Assembly (NCBI GenBank): GCA_964016885.1
Contig: OZ024745.1
Location: 620,001-684,000, forward strand
Direction of reading: 5' to 3'
Source: Eledone cirrhosa
Lineage: Eukaryota
DNA: 64,000 bases
Part shown: positions 13,931 through 30,200 of the stretch, one piece after another
Layout: each line of letters opens with the position of its first letter
Position numbering within the stretch: the first letter of the stretch is position 1
The notes under the pieces: model-generated
What the model was told of the DNA's origin: nothing
The model's input: the letters and a program-made list of their open reading frames with translations, nothing else
Database searches by the model: none
Position numbers and translations under genes: made by a program

Positions 13931-16900
13931 TCATAATACCATGTACATCTAGTTTAGAATAGGTACACTGTATCCCTGTATGTTGTAAGACCATATATAT
14001 CTAGTTTAGAATAGGTACACTGTATCCCTGTATGTTGTAATACCATATACATCTAGTTTACAATAGGTACACTGTATCCCTGTATGTTGTAATACCATGT
14101 ATATCTAGTTTAGAATAGGTACATTGTATCCCTGTATGTTGTAATACAATATATATCTAGTTTACAATAGGTACACTGTATCCCTGTATGTCATAATAAC
14201 ATATATATATCTAGATAGATTAGGTACACTGTATTCCTGTATGTTGTAATACCATGTATATCAAGTTTACAATAGGTACACTGTATCCCTGTATGTTGTA
14301 GTACCATATATATCTAGTTTAGAATAGGTATACTGTATCCCTGTATGTTGTAATACCATTATATCCAGTTTAAAATAGGTACACTGTATCCCTGTATGTT
14401 GTAATACCATGTATATCTAGTTTAGAATAGGTACACTGTATATCTGTATGTTGTAAGACCATGTATATCTAGTTTAGAATAGGTACACTGTATCCCTGTA
14501 TGTTGTAATACCATATATATCTAGTTTACAATAGGTACACTGTATCCCTGTATATTGTAATACCATGTATATCTAGTTTACAGTAGGTACACTGTATCCC
14601 TGTATGTCATAATACCATGTATATCTAGTTTAGAATAGGTACACTGTATCCCTGTATGTCATAATACTATTTATATCTAGTTTAGAATAGGTACATTGTA
14701 TCCCTGTATGTTGTAATACAATATATATCTAGTTTACAATAGGTACACTGTATCCCTGTATGTCATAATACCATGTATATCTAGTTTAGAATATGTACAC
14801 TGTATTCCTGTATGTCATAATACCATGTATATCAAGTTTACAATAGGTACACTGTATCCCTGTATGTTGTAATACCATGTATATCTAGTTTAAAATAGGT
14901 ACACTGTATCCCTGTATGTCATAATACCATATATATCTAGTTTAGAATAGGTACACTGTATCCCTGTATGTAATAATACAATGTATATCTAGTTTAAAAT
15001 AGGTACACTGTATCCCTATATGTCATAATACCATATATATCTAGTTTAGAATAGGTACACTGCATCCCTGTATGTTGTAAGACCATGTATATCTAGTTTA
15101 CAATAGGTACACTGTATCCCTGTATGTTGTAATACCATGTATATCTAGTTTAGAATAGGTACACTGTATCCCTGTATGTCATAATACTATGTATATCTAG
15201 TTTAGAATAGGTACATTGTATCCCTGTATGTTGTAATACAATATATATCTAGTTTACAATAGGTACACTGTATCCCTGTATGTCATAATACCATGTATAT
15301 CTAGTTTAGAATAGGTACACTGTATTCCTGTATGTTGTAATACCATGTATATCAAGTTTACAATAGGTACACTTTATCCCTGTATGTTGTAATACCATAT
15401 ATATCTAGTTTAGAATAGGTATACTGTATCCCTGTATGTCATAATACCATGTTTATCCAGTTTAAAATAGGTACACTCTATCCCTGTATGTTGTAATACC
15501 ATGTATATCTAGTTTAGAATAGGTACACTGTATCGCTGTATGTCATAAGACCATATATATCTAGATTACAATAGGTACACTGTATCCCTGTATGTCATAA
15601 TACCATGTACATCTAGTTTAGAATAGGTACACTGTATCCCTGTATGTTGTAAGAGCATATATATCTAGTTTAGAATAGGTACACTGTATCCCTGTATGTT
15701 GTAATACCATATATATCTAGTTTACAATAGGTACACTGTATCCCTGTATGTTGTAATACCATGTATATCTAGTTTAGAATAGGTACACTGTATCCCTGTA
15801 TGTCATAATACTATGTATATCTAGTTTAGAATAGGTACATTGTATCCCTGTATGTTGTAATACAATATATATCTAGTTTACAATAGGTACACTGTATCCC
15901 TGTATGTCATAATACCATGTATATCTAGTTTAGAATAGGTACACTGTATTCCTGTATGTTGTAATACCATGTATATCAAGTTTACAATAGGTACACTGCA
16001 TCCCTGTATGTTGTAATACCATATATATCTAGTTTAGAATAGGTATACTGTATCCCTGTATGTTGTAATACCATGTATATCTAGTTTAAAATAGGTACAC
16101 TGTATCCCTGTATGTCGTAATACCATGTATATCTAGTTTAGAATAGGTACACTGTATCTCTGTATGTTGTAAGACCATGTATATCTAGTTTAGAATAGGT
16201 ACACTGTATCCCTGTATGTTGTAATACCATATATATCTAGTTTACAATAGGTACACTGTATCCCTGTATATTGTAATACCATGTATATCTAGTTTACAAT
16301 AGGTACACTGTATCCCTGTATGTCATAATACCATGTATATCTAGTTTAGAATAGGTACACTGTATCCCTGTATGTCATAATACTATGTATATCTAGTTTA
16401 GAATAGGTACATTGTATCCCTGTATGTTGTAATACAATATATATCTAGTTTACAATAGGTACACTGTATCCCTGTATGTCATAATACCATGTATATCTAG
16501 TTTAGAATATGTACACTGTATTCCTGTATGTCATAATACCATGTATATCAAGTTTACAATAGGTACACTGTATCCCTGTTTGTTGTAATACCATATATAT
16601 CTAGTTTAGAATAGGTACACTGTATCCCTGTATGTTGTAATACCATGTATATCTAGTTTAAAATAGGTACATTGTATCCCTGTATGTTGTAATACTATGT
16701 ATATCTAGTTTAGAATAGGTACATTGTATCCCTGTATGTTGTAATACAATATATATCTAGTTTACAATAGGTACACTGCATCCCTGTATGTTGTAATACC
16801 ATATATATCTAGTTTAGAATAGGTATACTGTATCCCTGTATGTTGTAATACCATGTATATCTAGTTTAAAATAGGTACACTGTATCCCTGTATGTCGTAA

Positions 16901-19900
16901 TACCATGTATATCTAGTTTAGAATAGGTACACTGTATCTCTGTATGTTGTAAGACCATGTATATCTAGTTTAGAATAGGTACACTGTATCCCTGTATGTT
17001 GTAATACCATATATATCTAGTTTACAATAGGTACACTGTATCCCTGTATATTGTAATACCATGTATATCTAGTTTACAATAGGTACACTGTATCCCTGTA
17101 TGTCATAATACCATGTATATCTAGTTTAGAATAGGTACACTGTATCCCTGTATGTCATAATACTATGTATATCTAGTTTAGAATAGGTACATTGTATCCC
17201 TGTATGTTGTAATACAATATATATCTAGTTTACAATAGGTACACTGTATCCCTGTATGTCATAATACCATGTATATCTAGTTTAGAATATGTACACTGTA
17301 TTCCTGTATGTCATAATACCATGTATATCAAGTTTACAATAGGTACACTGTATCCCTGTATGTTGTAATACCATATATATCTAGTTTAGAATAGGTACAC
17401 TGTATCCCTGTATGTTGTAATACCATGTATATCTAGTTTAAAATAGGTACATTGTATCCCTGTATGTTGTAATACCATGTATATCTAGTTTAGAATAGGT
17501 ACACTGTATCCCTGTATGTCATAATACCATGTATATCTAGTTTAGAATAGGTACACTGTATCCCTGTATGTTGTAATACCATGTATATCTAGTTTAAAAT
17601 AGGTACACTGTATCCCTGTATGTCATAATACCATATATATCTAGTTTAGAATAGGTACACTGTATCCCTGTATGTAATAATACAATGTATATCTAGTTTA
17701 AAATAGGTACACTGTATCCCTATATGTCATAATACCATATATATCTAGTTTAGAATAGGTACACTGCATCCCTGTATGTTGTAAGACCATGTATATCTAG
17801 TTTCGAATAGGTACACTGTATCTCTGTATTATGTAATACCATGTATATCAAGTTTAGAATAGGTACACTGTATCCCTGTATGTCATAATATCATGTATAT
17901 CTAGTTTAGAATAGGTACACTGTATCTCTGTATGTTGTAATACCATGTATATCTAGTTTAGAATATGTACACTGTATCCCTGTATGTTGTGATACCATGT
18001 ATATCTAGTTTAGAATAGGTACACTGTATCCCTGTATGTCATAATATCATGTATATCTAGTTTAGAATAGGTACACTGTATCTCTGTATGTTGTAATACC
18101 ATGTATATCTAGTTTAGAATATGTACACTGTATCCCTGTATGTTGTGATACCAAGTATATCTAGTTTAGAATAGGTACACTGTATCCCTGTATGTTGTAA
18201 TACCATGTATATCTAGTTTAGAATAGGTACACTGTATCCCTGTATGTTGTGATACCATGTATATCTAGTTTAGAATAGGTACACTGTATCGCTGTATGTC
18301 ATAAGACCATATATATCTAGATTACAATAGGTACACTGTATCCCTGTATGTCATAATACCATGTACATCTAGTTTAGAATAGGTACACTGTATCCCTGTA
18401 TGTTGTAAGACCATATATATCTAGTTTAGAATAGGTACACTGTATCCCTGTATGTTGTAATACCATATACATCTAGTTTACAATAGGTACACTGTATCCC
18501 TGTATGTTGTAATACCATGTATATCTAGTTTAGAATAGGTACATTGTATCCCTGTATGTTGTAATACAATATATATCTAGTTTACAATAGGTACACTGTA
18601 TCCCTGTATGTCATAATAACATATATATATCTAGATAGATTAGGTACACTGTATTCCTGTATGTTGTAATACCATGTATATCAAGTTTACAATAGGTACA
18701 CTGTATCCCTGTATGTTGTAGTACCATATATATCTAGTTTAGAATAGGTATACTGTATCCCTGTATGTTGTAATACCATTATATCCAGTTTAAAATAGGT
18801 ACACTGTATCCCTGTATGTTGTAATACCATGTATATCTAGTTTAGAATAGGTACACTGTATATCTGTATGTTGTAAGACCATGTATATCTAGTTTAGAAT
18901 AGGTACACTGTATCCCTGTATGTTGTAATACCATATATATCTAGTTTACAATAGGTACACTGTATCCCTGTATATTGTAATACCATGTATATCTAGTTTA
19001 CAATAGGTACACTGTATCCCTGTATGTCATAATACCATGTATATCTAGTTTAGAATAGGTACACTGTATCCCTGTATGTCATAATACTATGTATATCTAG
19101 TTTAGAATAGGTACATTGTATCCCTGTATGTTGTAATACAATATATATCTAGTTTACAATAGGTACACTGTATCCCTGTATGTCATAATACCATGTATAT
19201 CTAGTTTAGAATATGTACACTGTATTCCTGTATGTCATAATACCATGTATATCAAGTTTACAATAGGTACACTGTATCCCTGTATGTTGTAATACCATGT
19301 ATATCTAGTTTAAAATAGGTACACTGTATCCCTGTATGTCATAATACCATATATATCTAGTTTAGAATAGGTACACTGTATCCCTGTATGTAATAATACA
19401 ATGTATATCTAGTTTAAAATAGGTACACTGTATCCCTATATGTCATAATACCATATATATCTAGTTTAGAATAGGTACACTGCATCCCTGTATGTTGTAA
19501 GACCATGTATATCTAGTTTACAATAGGTACACTGTATCCCTGTATGTTGTAATACCATGTATATCTAGTTTAGAATAGGTACACTGTATCCCTGTATGTC
19601 ATAATACTATGTATATCTAGTTTAGAATAGGTACATTGTATCCCTGTATGTTGTAATACAATATATATCTAGTTTACAATAGGTACACTGTATCCCTGTA
19701 TGTCATAATACCATGTATATCTAGTTTAGAATAGGTACACTGTATTCCTGTATGTTGTAATACCATGTATATCAAGTTTACAATAGGTACACTTTATCCC
19801 TGTATGTTGTAATACCATATATATCTAGTTTAGAATAGGTATACTGTATCCCTGTATGTCATAATACCATGTTTATCCAGTTTAAAATAGGTACACTCTA

Positions 19901-21110
19901 TCCCTGTATGTTGTAATACCATGTATATCTAGTTTAGAATAGGTACACTGTATCGCTGTATGTCATAAGACCATATATATCTAGATTACAATAGGTACAC
20001 TGTATCCCTGTATGTCATAATACCATGTACATCTAGTTTAGAATAGGTACACTGTATCCCTGTATGTTGTAAGAGCATATATATCTAGTTTAGAATAGGT
20101 ACACTGTATCCCTGTATGTTGTAATACCATATATATCTAGTTTACAATAGGTACACTGTATCCCTGTATGTTGTAATACCATGTATATCTAGTTTAGAAT
20201 AGGTACACTGTATCCCTGTATGTCATAATACTATGTATATCTAGTTTAGAATAGGTACATTGTATCCCTGTATGTTGTAATACAATATATATCTAGTTTA
20301 CAATAGGTACACTGTATCCCTGTATGTCATAATACCATGTATATCTAGTTTAGAATAGGTACACTGTATTCCTGTATGTTGTAATACCATGTATATCAAG
20401 TTTACAATAGGTACACTGCATCCCTGTATGTTGTAATACCATATATATCTAGTTTAGAATAGGTATACTGTATCCCTGTATGTTGTAATACCATGTATAT
20501 CTAGTTTAAAATAGGTACACTGTATCCCTGTATGTCGTAATACCATGTATATCTAGTTTAGAATAGGTACACTGTATCTCTGTATGTTGTAAGACCATGT
20601 ATATCTAGTTTAGAATAGGTACACTGTATCCCTGTATGTTGTAATACCATATATATCTAGTTTAAAATAGGTACACTGTATCCCTGTATATTGTAATACC
20701 ATGTATATCTAGTTTACAATAGGTACACTGTATCCCTGTATGTCATAATACCATGTATATCTAGTTTAGAATAGGTACACTGTATCCCTGTATGTCATAA
20801 TACTATGTATATCTAGTTTAGAATAGGTACATTGTATCCCTGTATGTTGTAATACAATATATATCTAGTTTACAATAGGTACACTGTATCCCTGTATGTC
20901 ATAATACCATGTATATCTAGTTTAGAATATGTACACTGTATTCCTGTATGTCATAATACCATGTATATCAAGTTTACAATAGGTACACTGTATCCCTGTT
21001 TGTTGTAATACCATATATATCTAGTTTAGAATAGGTACACTGTATCCCTGTATGTTGTAATACCATGTATATCTAGTTTAAAATAGGTACATTGTATCCC
21101 TGTATGTTGT
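13920..21110 (+). repeat. Block duplication with 85-monomer offset (4,420 bp), with a nested 15-monomer duplication
   Basis: ATATATATATCTAGATAGATTAGG 14201/18621, ACTTTATCCC 15371/19791, GTTTATCCAG 15451/19871, TATCCCTGTTTG 16571/20991. Nested 780-bp offset: GTACACTGCA 15991/16771, TATGTCGTAA 16111/16891. Confidence 0.9.
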
Positions 21111-21969
21111 AATACCATGTATATCTAGTTTAGAATAGGTACACTGTATCCCTGTATGTCATAATACCATGTATATCTAGTTTAGAATAGGTACACTGTA
21201 TCCCTGTATGTTGTAATACCATGTATATCTAGTTTAAAATAGGTACACTGTATCCCTGTATGTCATAATACCATATATATCTAGTTTAGAATAGGTACAC
21301 TGTATCCCTGTATGTAATAATACAATGTATATCTAGTTTAAAATAGGTACACTGTATCCCTATATGTCATAATACCATATATATCTAGTTTAGAATAGGT
21401 ACACTGCATCCCTGTATGTTGTAAGACCATGTATATCTAGTTTAGAATAGGTACACTGTATCTCTGTATTATGTAATACCATGTATATCAAGTTTAGAAT
21501 AGGTACACTGTATCCCTGTATGTCATAATATCATGTATATCTAGTTTAGAATAGGTACACTGTATCTCTGTATGTTGTAATACCATGTATATCTAGTTTA
21601 GAATATGTACACTGTATCCCTGTATGTTGTGATACCATGTATATCTAGTTTAGAATAGGTACACTCCATCCCTGTATGTTGTAAGACCATGTATATCTAG
21701 TTTAGAATAGGTACACTGCATCCCTGTATGTTGTAAGACCATGTATATCTAGTTTAGAATAGGTACACTGTATCCCTGTATGTTGAAATACCATGTATAT
21801 CAAGTTTAGAATAGGTACACTGTATCCCTGTATGTCATAATATCATGTATATCTAGTTTAGAATAGGTACACTGTATCTCTGTATGTTGTAATACCATGT
21901 ATATCTAGTTTAGAATATGTACACTGTATCCCTGTATGTTGTGATACCAAGTATATCTAGTTTAGAATA

Positions 21970-24900
21970 GGTACACTGTATCCCTGTATGTCATAATACC
22001 ATGTACATCTAGTTTAGAATAGGTACACTGTATCCCTGTATGTTGTAAGACCATATATATCTAGTTTAGAATAGGTACACTGTATCCCTGTATGTTGTAA
22101 TACCATATACATCTAGTTTACAATAGGTACACTGTATCCCTGTATGTTGTAATACCATGTATATCTAGTTTAGAATAGGTACACTGTATCCCTGTATGTC
22201 ATAATACTATGTATATCTAGTTTAGAATAGGTACATTGTATCCCTGTATGTTGTAATACAATATATATCTAGTTTACAATAGGTACACTGTATCCCTGTA
22301 TGTCATAATAACATATATATATCTAGATAGATTAGGTACACTGTATTCCTGTATGTTGTAATACCATGTATATCAAGTTTACAATAGGTACACTGTATCC
22401 CTGTATGTTGTAGTACCATATATATCTAGTTTAGAATAGGTATACTGTATCCCTGTATGTTGTAATACCATTATATCCAGTTTAAAATAGGTACACTGTA
22501 TCCCTGTATGTTGTAATACCATGTATATCTAGTTTAGAATAGGTACACTGTATATCTGTATGTTGTAAGACCATGTATATCTAGTTTAGAATAGGTACAC
22601 TGTATCCCTGTATGTTGTAATACCATATATATCTAGTTTACAATAGGTACACTGTATCCCTGTATATTGTAATACCATGTATATCTAGTTTACAATAGGT
22701 ACACTGTATCCCTGTATGTCATAATACCATGTATATCTAGTTTAGAATAGGTACACTGTATCCCTGTATGTCATAATACTATGTATATCTAGTTTAGAAT
22801 AGGTACATTGTATCCCTGTATGTTGTAATACAATATATATCTAGTTTACAATAGGTACACTGTATCCCTGTATGTCATAATACCATGTATATCTAGTTTA
22901 GAATATGTACACTGTATTCCTGTATGTCATAATACCATGTATATCAAGTTTACAATAGGTACACTGTATCCCTGTATGTTGTAATACCATGTATATCTAT
23001 TTTAAAATAGGTACACTGTATCCCTGTATGTCATAATACCATATATATCTAGTTTAGAATAGGTACACTGTATCCCTGTATGTAATAATACAATGTATAT
23101 CTAGTTTAAAATAGGTACACTGTATCCCTATATGTCATAATACCATATATATCTAGTTTAGAATAGGTACACTGCATCCCTGTATGTTGTAAGACCATGT
23201 ATATCTAGTTTAGAATAGGTACACTGTATCCCTGTATGTTGAAATACCATGTATATCTAGTTTAGAATAGGTACACTGTATCTCTGTATTATGTAATACC
23301 ATGTATATCAAGTTTAGAATAGGTACACTGTATCCCTGTATGTCATAATATCATGTATATCTAGTTTAGAATAGGTACACTGTATCTCTGTATGTTGTAA
23401 TACCATGTATATCTAGTTTAGAATATGTACACTGTATCCCTGTATGTTGTGATACCATGTATATGTAGTTTAGAATAGGTACACTGCATCCCTGTATGTT
23501 GTAAGACCATGTATATCTAGTTTAGAATAGGTACACTGCATCCCTGTATGTTGTAAGACCCTGTATATCTAGTTTAGAATAGGTACACTGTATCCCTGTA
23601 TGTTGAAATACCATGTATATCTAGTTTAGAATAGGTACACTGTATCTCTGTATTATGTAATACCATGTATATCAAGTTTAGAATAGGTACACTGTATCCC
23701 TGTATGTCATAATATCATGTATATCTAGTTTAGAATAGGTACACTGTATCTCTGTAGGTTGTAATACCATGTATATCTAGTTTAGAATATGTACACTGTA
23801 TCCCTGTATGTTGTGATACCATGTATATCTAGTTTAGAATAGGTACACTGTATCCCTGTATGTTGTAATACCATGTATATCTAGTTTAGAATAGGTACAC
23901 TGTATCCCTGTATGTTGTGATACCATGTATATCTAGTTTAGAATAGGTACACTGTATCGCTGTATGTCATAAGACCATATATATCTAGATTACAATAGGT
24001 ACACTGTATCCCTGTATGTCATAATACCATGTACATCTAGTTTAGAATAGGTACACTGTATCCCTGTATGTTGTAAGACCATATATATCTAGTTTAGAAT
24101 AGGTACACTGTATCCCTGTATGTTGTAATACCATATACATCTAGTTTACAATAGGTACACTGTATCCCTGTATGTTGTAATACCATGTATATCTAGTTTA
24201 GAATAGGTACACTGTATCTCTGTATGTCATAATACTATGTATATCTAGTTTAGAATAGGTACATTGTATCCCTGTATGTTGTAATACAATATATATCTAG
24301 TTTACAATAGGTACACTGTATCCCTGTATGTCATAATACCATGTATATCTAGTTTAGAATAGGTACACTGTATTCCTGTATGTTGTAATATCATGTATAT
24401 CAAGTTTACAATAGGTACACTGTATCCCTGTATGTCATAATACCATGTACATCTAGTTTAGAATAGGTACACTGTATCCCTGTATGTTGTAAGACCATAT
24501 ATATCTAGTTTAGAATAGGTACACTGTATCCCTGTATGTTGTAATACCATATACATCTAGTTTACAATAGGTACACTGTATCCCTGTATGTTGTAATACC
24601 ATGTATATCTAGTTTAGAATAGGTACACTGTATCCCTGTATGTCATAATACTATGTATATCTAGTTTAGAATAGGTACATTGTATCCCTGTATGTTGTAA
24701 TACAATATATATCTAGTTTACAATAGGTACACTGTATCCCTGTATGTCATAATAACATATATATATCTAGATAGATTAGGTACACTGTATTCCTGTATGT
24801 TGTAATACCATGTATATCAAGTTTACAATAGGTACACTGTATCCCTGTATGTTGTAGTACCATATATATCTAGTTTAGAATAGGTATACTGTATCCCTGT

Positions 24901-27270
24901 ATGTTGTAATACCATTATATCCAGTTTAAAATAGGTACACTGTATCCCTGTATGTTGTAATACCATGTATATCTAGTTTAGAATAGGTACACTGTATATC
25001 TGTATGTTGTAAGACCATGTATATCTAGTTTAGAATAGGTACACTGTATCCCTGTATGTTGTAATACCATATATATCTAGTTTACAATAGGTACACTGTA
25101 TCCCTGTATATTGTAATACCATGTATATCTAGTTTACAATAGGTACACTGTATCCCTGTATGTCATAATACCATGTATATCTAGTTTAGAATAGGTACAC
25201 TGTATCCCTGTATGTCATAATACTATGTATATCTAGTTTAGAATAGGTACATTGTATCCCTGTATGTTGTAATACAATATATATCTAGTTTACAATAGGT
25301 ACACTGTATCCCTGTATGTCATAATACCATGTATATCTAGTTTAGAATATGTACACTGTATTCCTGTATGTCATAATACCATGTATATCAAGTTTACAAT
25401 AGGTACACTGTATCCCTGTATGTTGTAATACCATGTATATCTATTTTAAAATAGGTACACTGTATCCCTGTATGTCATAATACCATATATATCTAGTTTA
25501 GAATAGGTACACTGTATCCCTGTATGTAATAATACAATGTATATCTAGTTTAAAATAGGTACACTGTATCCCTATATGTCATAATACCATATATATCTAG
25601 TTTAGAATAGGTACACTGCATCCCTGTATGTTGTAAGACCATGTATATCTAGTTTAGAATAGGTACACTGTATCCCTGTATGTTGAAATACCATGTATAT
25701 CTAGTTTAGAATAGGTACACTGTATCTCTGTATTATGTAATACCATGTATATCAAGTTTAGAATAGGTACACTGTATCCCTGTATGTCATAATATCATGT
25801 ATATCTAGTTTAGAATAGGTACACTGTATCTCTGTATGTTGTAATACCATGTATATCTAGTTTAGAATATGTACACTGTATCCCTGTATGTTGTGATACC
25901 ATGTATATGTAGTTTAGAATAGGTACACTGCATCCCTGTATGTTGTAAGACCATGTATATCTAGTTTAGAATAGGTACACTGCATCCCTGTATGTTGTAA
26001 GACCCTGTATATCTAGTTTAGAATAGGTACACTGTATCCCTGTATGTTGAAATACCATGTATATCTAGTTTAGAATAGGTACACTGTATCTCTGTATTAT
26101 GTAATACCATGTATATCAAGTTTAGAATAGGTACACTGTATCCCTGTATGTCATAATATCATGTATATCTAGTTTAGAATAGGTACACTGTATCTCTGTA
26201 GGTTGTAATACCATGTATATCTAGTTTAGAATATGTACACTGTATCCCTGTATGTTGTGATACCATGTATATCTAGTTTAGAATAGGTACACTGTATCCC
26301 TGTATGTTGTAATACCATGTATATCTAGTTTAGAATAGGTACACTGTATCCCTGTATGTTGTGATACCATGTATATCTAGTTTAGAATAGGTACACTGTA
26401 TCGCTGTATGTCATAAGACCATATATATCTAGATTACAATAGGTACACTGTATCCCTGTATGTCATAATACCATGTACATCTAGTTTAGAATAGGTACAC
26501 TGTATCCCTGTATGTTGTAAGACCATATATATCTAGTTTAGAATAGGTACACTGTATCCCTGTATGTTGTAATACCATATACATCTAGTTTACAATAGGT
26601 ACACTGTATCCCTGTATGTTGTAATACCATGTATATCTAGTTTAGAATAGGTACACTGTATCCCTGTATGTCATAATACTATGTATATCTAGTTTAGAAT
26701 AGGTACATTGTATCCCTGTATGTTGTAATACAATATATATCTAGTTTACAATAGGTACACTGTATCCCTGTATGTCATAATACCATGTATATCTAGTTTA
26801 GAATAGGTACACTGTATTCCTGTATGTTGTAATACCATGTATATCAAGTTTACGATAGGTACACTGTATCCCTGTATGTCATAATACCATGTACATCTAG
26901 TTTAGAATAGGTACACTGTATCCCTGTATGTTGTAAGACCATATATATCTAGTTTAGAATAGGTACACTGTATCCCTGTATGTTGTAATACCATATACAT
27001 CTAGTTTACAATAGGTACACTGTATCCCTGTATGTTGTAATACCATGTATATCTAGTTTAGAATAGGTACACTGTATCCCTGTATGTCATAATACTATGT
27101 ATATCTAGTTTAGAATAGGTACATTGTATCCCTGTATGTTGTAATACAATATATATCTAGTTTACAATAGGTACACTGTATCCCTGTATGTCATAATACC
27201 ATGTATATCTAGTTTAGAATAGGTACACTGTATTCCTGTATGTTGTAATACCATGTATATCAAGTTTACA
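21970..27270 (+). repeat. Tandem duplication of a 47-monomer block (2,444 bp x2, plus the start of a third copy)
   Basis: AGATAGATTAGG block 22313/24757, ATATGTAG 23461/25905, (AAGACC)CTGTAT 23561/26005, TCTGTAGG 23751/26195; offsets are 2,444. Confidence 0.92.
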
Positions 27271-30200
27271 ATAGATACACTGTATCCCTGTATGTTGTAA
27301 TACCATATATATCTAGTTTAGAATAGGTATACTGTATCCCTGTATGTTGTAATACCATGTATATCCAGTTTAAAATAGGTACACTATATCCCTGTATTTT
27401 GTAATACCATGTATATCTAGTTTAGAATAGGTACACTGTATCTCTGTATGTTGTAAGACCATGTATATCTAGTTTAGAATAGGTACACTGTATCCCTGTA
27501 TGTTGTAATACCATATATATCTAGTTTACAATAGGTACACTGTATCCCTGTATATTGTAATACCATGTATATCTATTTTACAATAGGTACACTGTATCCC
27601 TGTATGTCATAATACCATGTATATCTAGTTTAGAATATGTACACTGTATTCCTGTATGTCATAATACCATGTATATCAAGTTTACAATAGGTACACTGTA
27701 TCCCTGTATATTGTAATACCATATATATCTAGTTTAGAATAGGTACACTGTATCCCTGTATGTTGTAATACCATGTATATCTAGTTTAAAATAGGTACAT
27801 TGTATCCCTGTATGTTGTAATACCATGTATATCTAGTTTAGAATAGGTACACTGTATCCCTGTATGTCATAATACCATGTATATCTAGTTTAGAATAGGT
27901 ACACTGTATCCCTGTATGTTGTTAGACCATATATATCTAGTTTAGAATAGGTACACTGTATCCCTGTATGTCATAAGACCATGTATATCTAGTTTAAAAT
28001 AGGTACACTATATCCCTGTATGCTGTAATACCATGTATATCTAGTTTAGAATAGGTATACTGTATCCCTGTATGTTGTAATACCATAAATATCTAGTTTA
28101 GAATAGGTACACTGTATCCCTATATGTCATAATACCATATATATCTAGTTTAGAATAGGTACACTGCATCCCTGTATGTTGTAAGACCATGTATATCTAG
28201 TTTAGAATAGGTACACTGTATCTCTGTATGTTGTAATACCATGTATATCTATTTTACAATAGGTACACTGTATCCCTGTATGTCATAATACCATGTATAT
28301 CTAGTTTAGAATATGTACACTGTATTCCTGTATGTCATAATACCATGTATATCAAGTTTACAATAGGTACACTGTATCCCTGTATGTTGTGATACCATGT
28401 ATATCTAGTTTAGAATAGGTACACTGCATCCCTGTATGTTGTAAGACCATGTATATCTAGTTTAGAATAGGTACACTGCATCCCTGTATGTTGTAAGACC
28501 ATGTATATCTAGTTTAGAATAGGTACACTGTATCCCTGTATGTTGAAATACCATGTATATCAAGTTTAGAATAGGTACACTGTATCCCTGTATGTCATAA
28601 TATCATGTATATCTAGTTTAGAATAGGTACACTGTATCTCTGTATGTTGTAATACCATGTATATCTAGTTTAGAATATGTACACTGTATCCCTGTATGTT
28701 GTAATACCATGTATATCTAGTTTAGAATAGGTACACTGTATCCCTGTATGTTGTGATACCATGTATATCTAGTTTAGAATAGGTACACTGTATCGTTGTA
28801 TGTCATAAGACCATATATATCTAGATTACAATAGGTACACTGTATCCCTGTATGTCATAATACCATGTACATCTAGTTTAGAATAGGTACACTGTATCCC
28901 TGTATGTTGTAAGACCATATATATCTAGTTTAGAATAGGTACACTGTATCCCTGTATGTTGTAATACCATATACATCTAGTTTACAATAGGTACACTGTA
29001 TGTTGTAATACCATGTATATCTAGTTTAGAATAGGTACACTGTATCCCTGTATGTCATAATACTATGTATATCTAGTTTAGAATAGGTACATTGTATCCC
29101 TGTATGTTGTAATACAATATATATCTAGTTTACAATAGGTACACTGTATCCCTGTATGTCATAATACCATATATATATCTAGTTTAGAATAGGTACACTG
29201 TATTCCTGTATGTTGTAATACCATGTATATCAAGTTTACAATAGGTACACTGTATCCCTGTATGTTGTAATACCATATATATCTAGTTTAGAATAGGTAT
29301 ACTGTATCCCTGTATGTTGTAATACCATGTATATCCAGTTTAAAATAGGTACACTGTATCCCTGTATGTTGTAATACCATGTATATCTAGTTTAGAATAG
29401 GTACACTGTATATCTGTATGTTGTAAGACCATGTATATCTAGTTTAGAATAGGTACACTGTATCCCTGTATGTTGTAATACCATATATATCTAGTTTACA
29501 ATAGGTACACTGTATCCCTGTATATTGTAATACCATGTATATCTAGTTTACAATAGGTACACTGTATCCCTGTATGTCATAATACCATGTATATCTAGTT
29601 TAGAATAGGTACACTGTATCCCTGTATGTCATAATACTATGTATATCTAGTTTAGAATAGGTACATTGTATCCCTGTATGTTGTAATACAATATATATCT
29701 AGTTTACAATAGGTACACTGTATCCCTGTATGTCATAATACCATGTATATCTAGTTTAGAATATGTACACTGTATTCCTGTATGTCATAATACCATGTAT
29801 ATCAAGTTTACAATAGGTACACTGTATCCCTGTATGTTGTAATACCATGTATATCTAGTTTAAAATAGGTACACTGTATCCCTGTATGTCATAATACCAT
29901 ATATATCTAGTTTAGAATAGGTACACTGTATCCCTGTATGTAATAATACAATGTATATCTAGTTTAAAATAGGTACACTGTATCCCTATATGTCATAATA
30001 CCATATATATCTAGTTTAGAATAGGTACACTGCATCCCTGTATGTTGTAAGACCATGTATATCTAGTTTAGAATAGGTACACTGTATCACTGTATGTTGA
30101 AATACCATGTATATCTAGTTTAGAATAGGTACACTGTATCTCTGTATTATGTAATACCATGTATATCAAGTTTAGTATAGGTACACTGTATCCCTGTATG

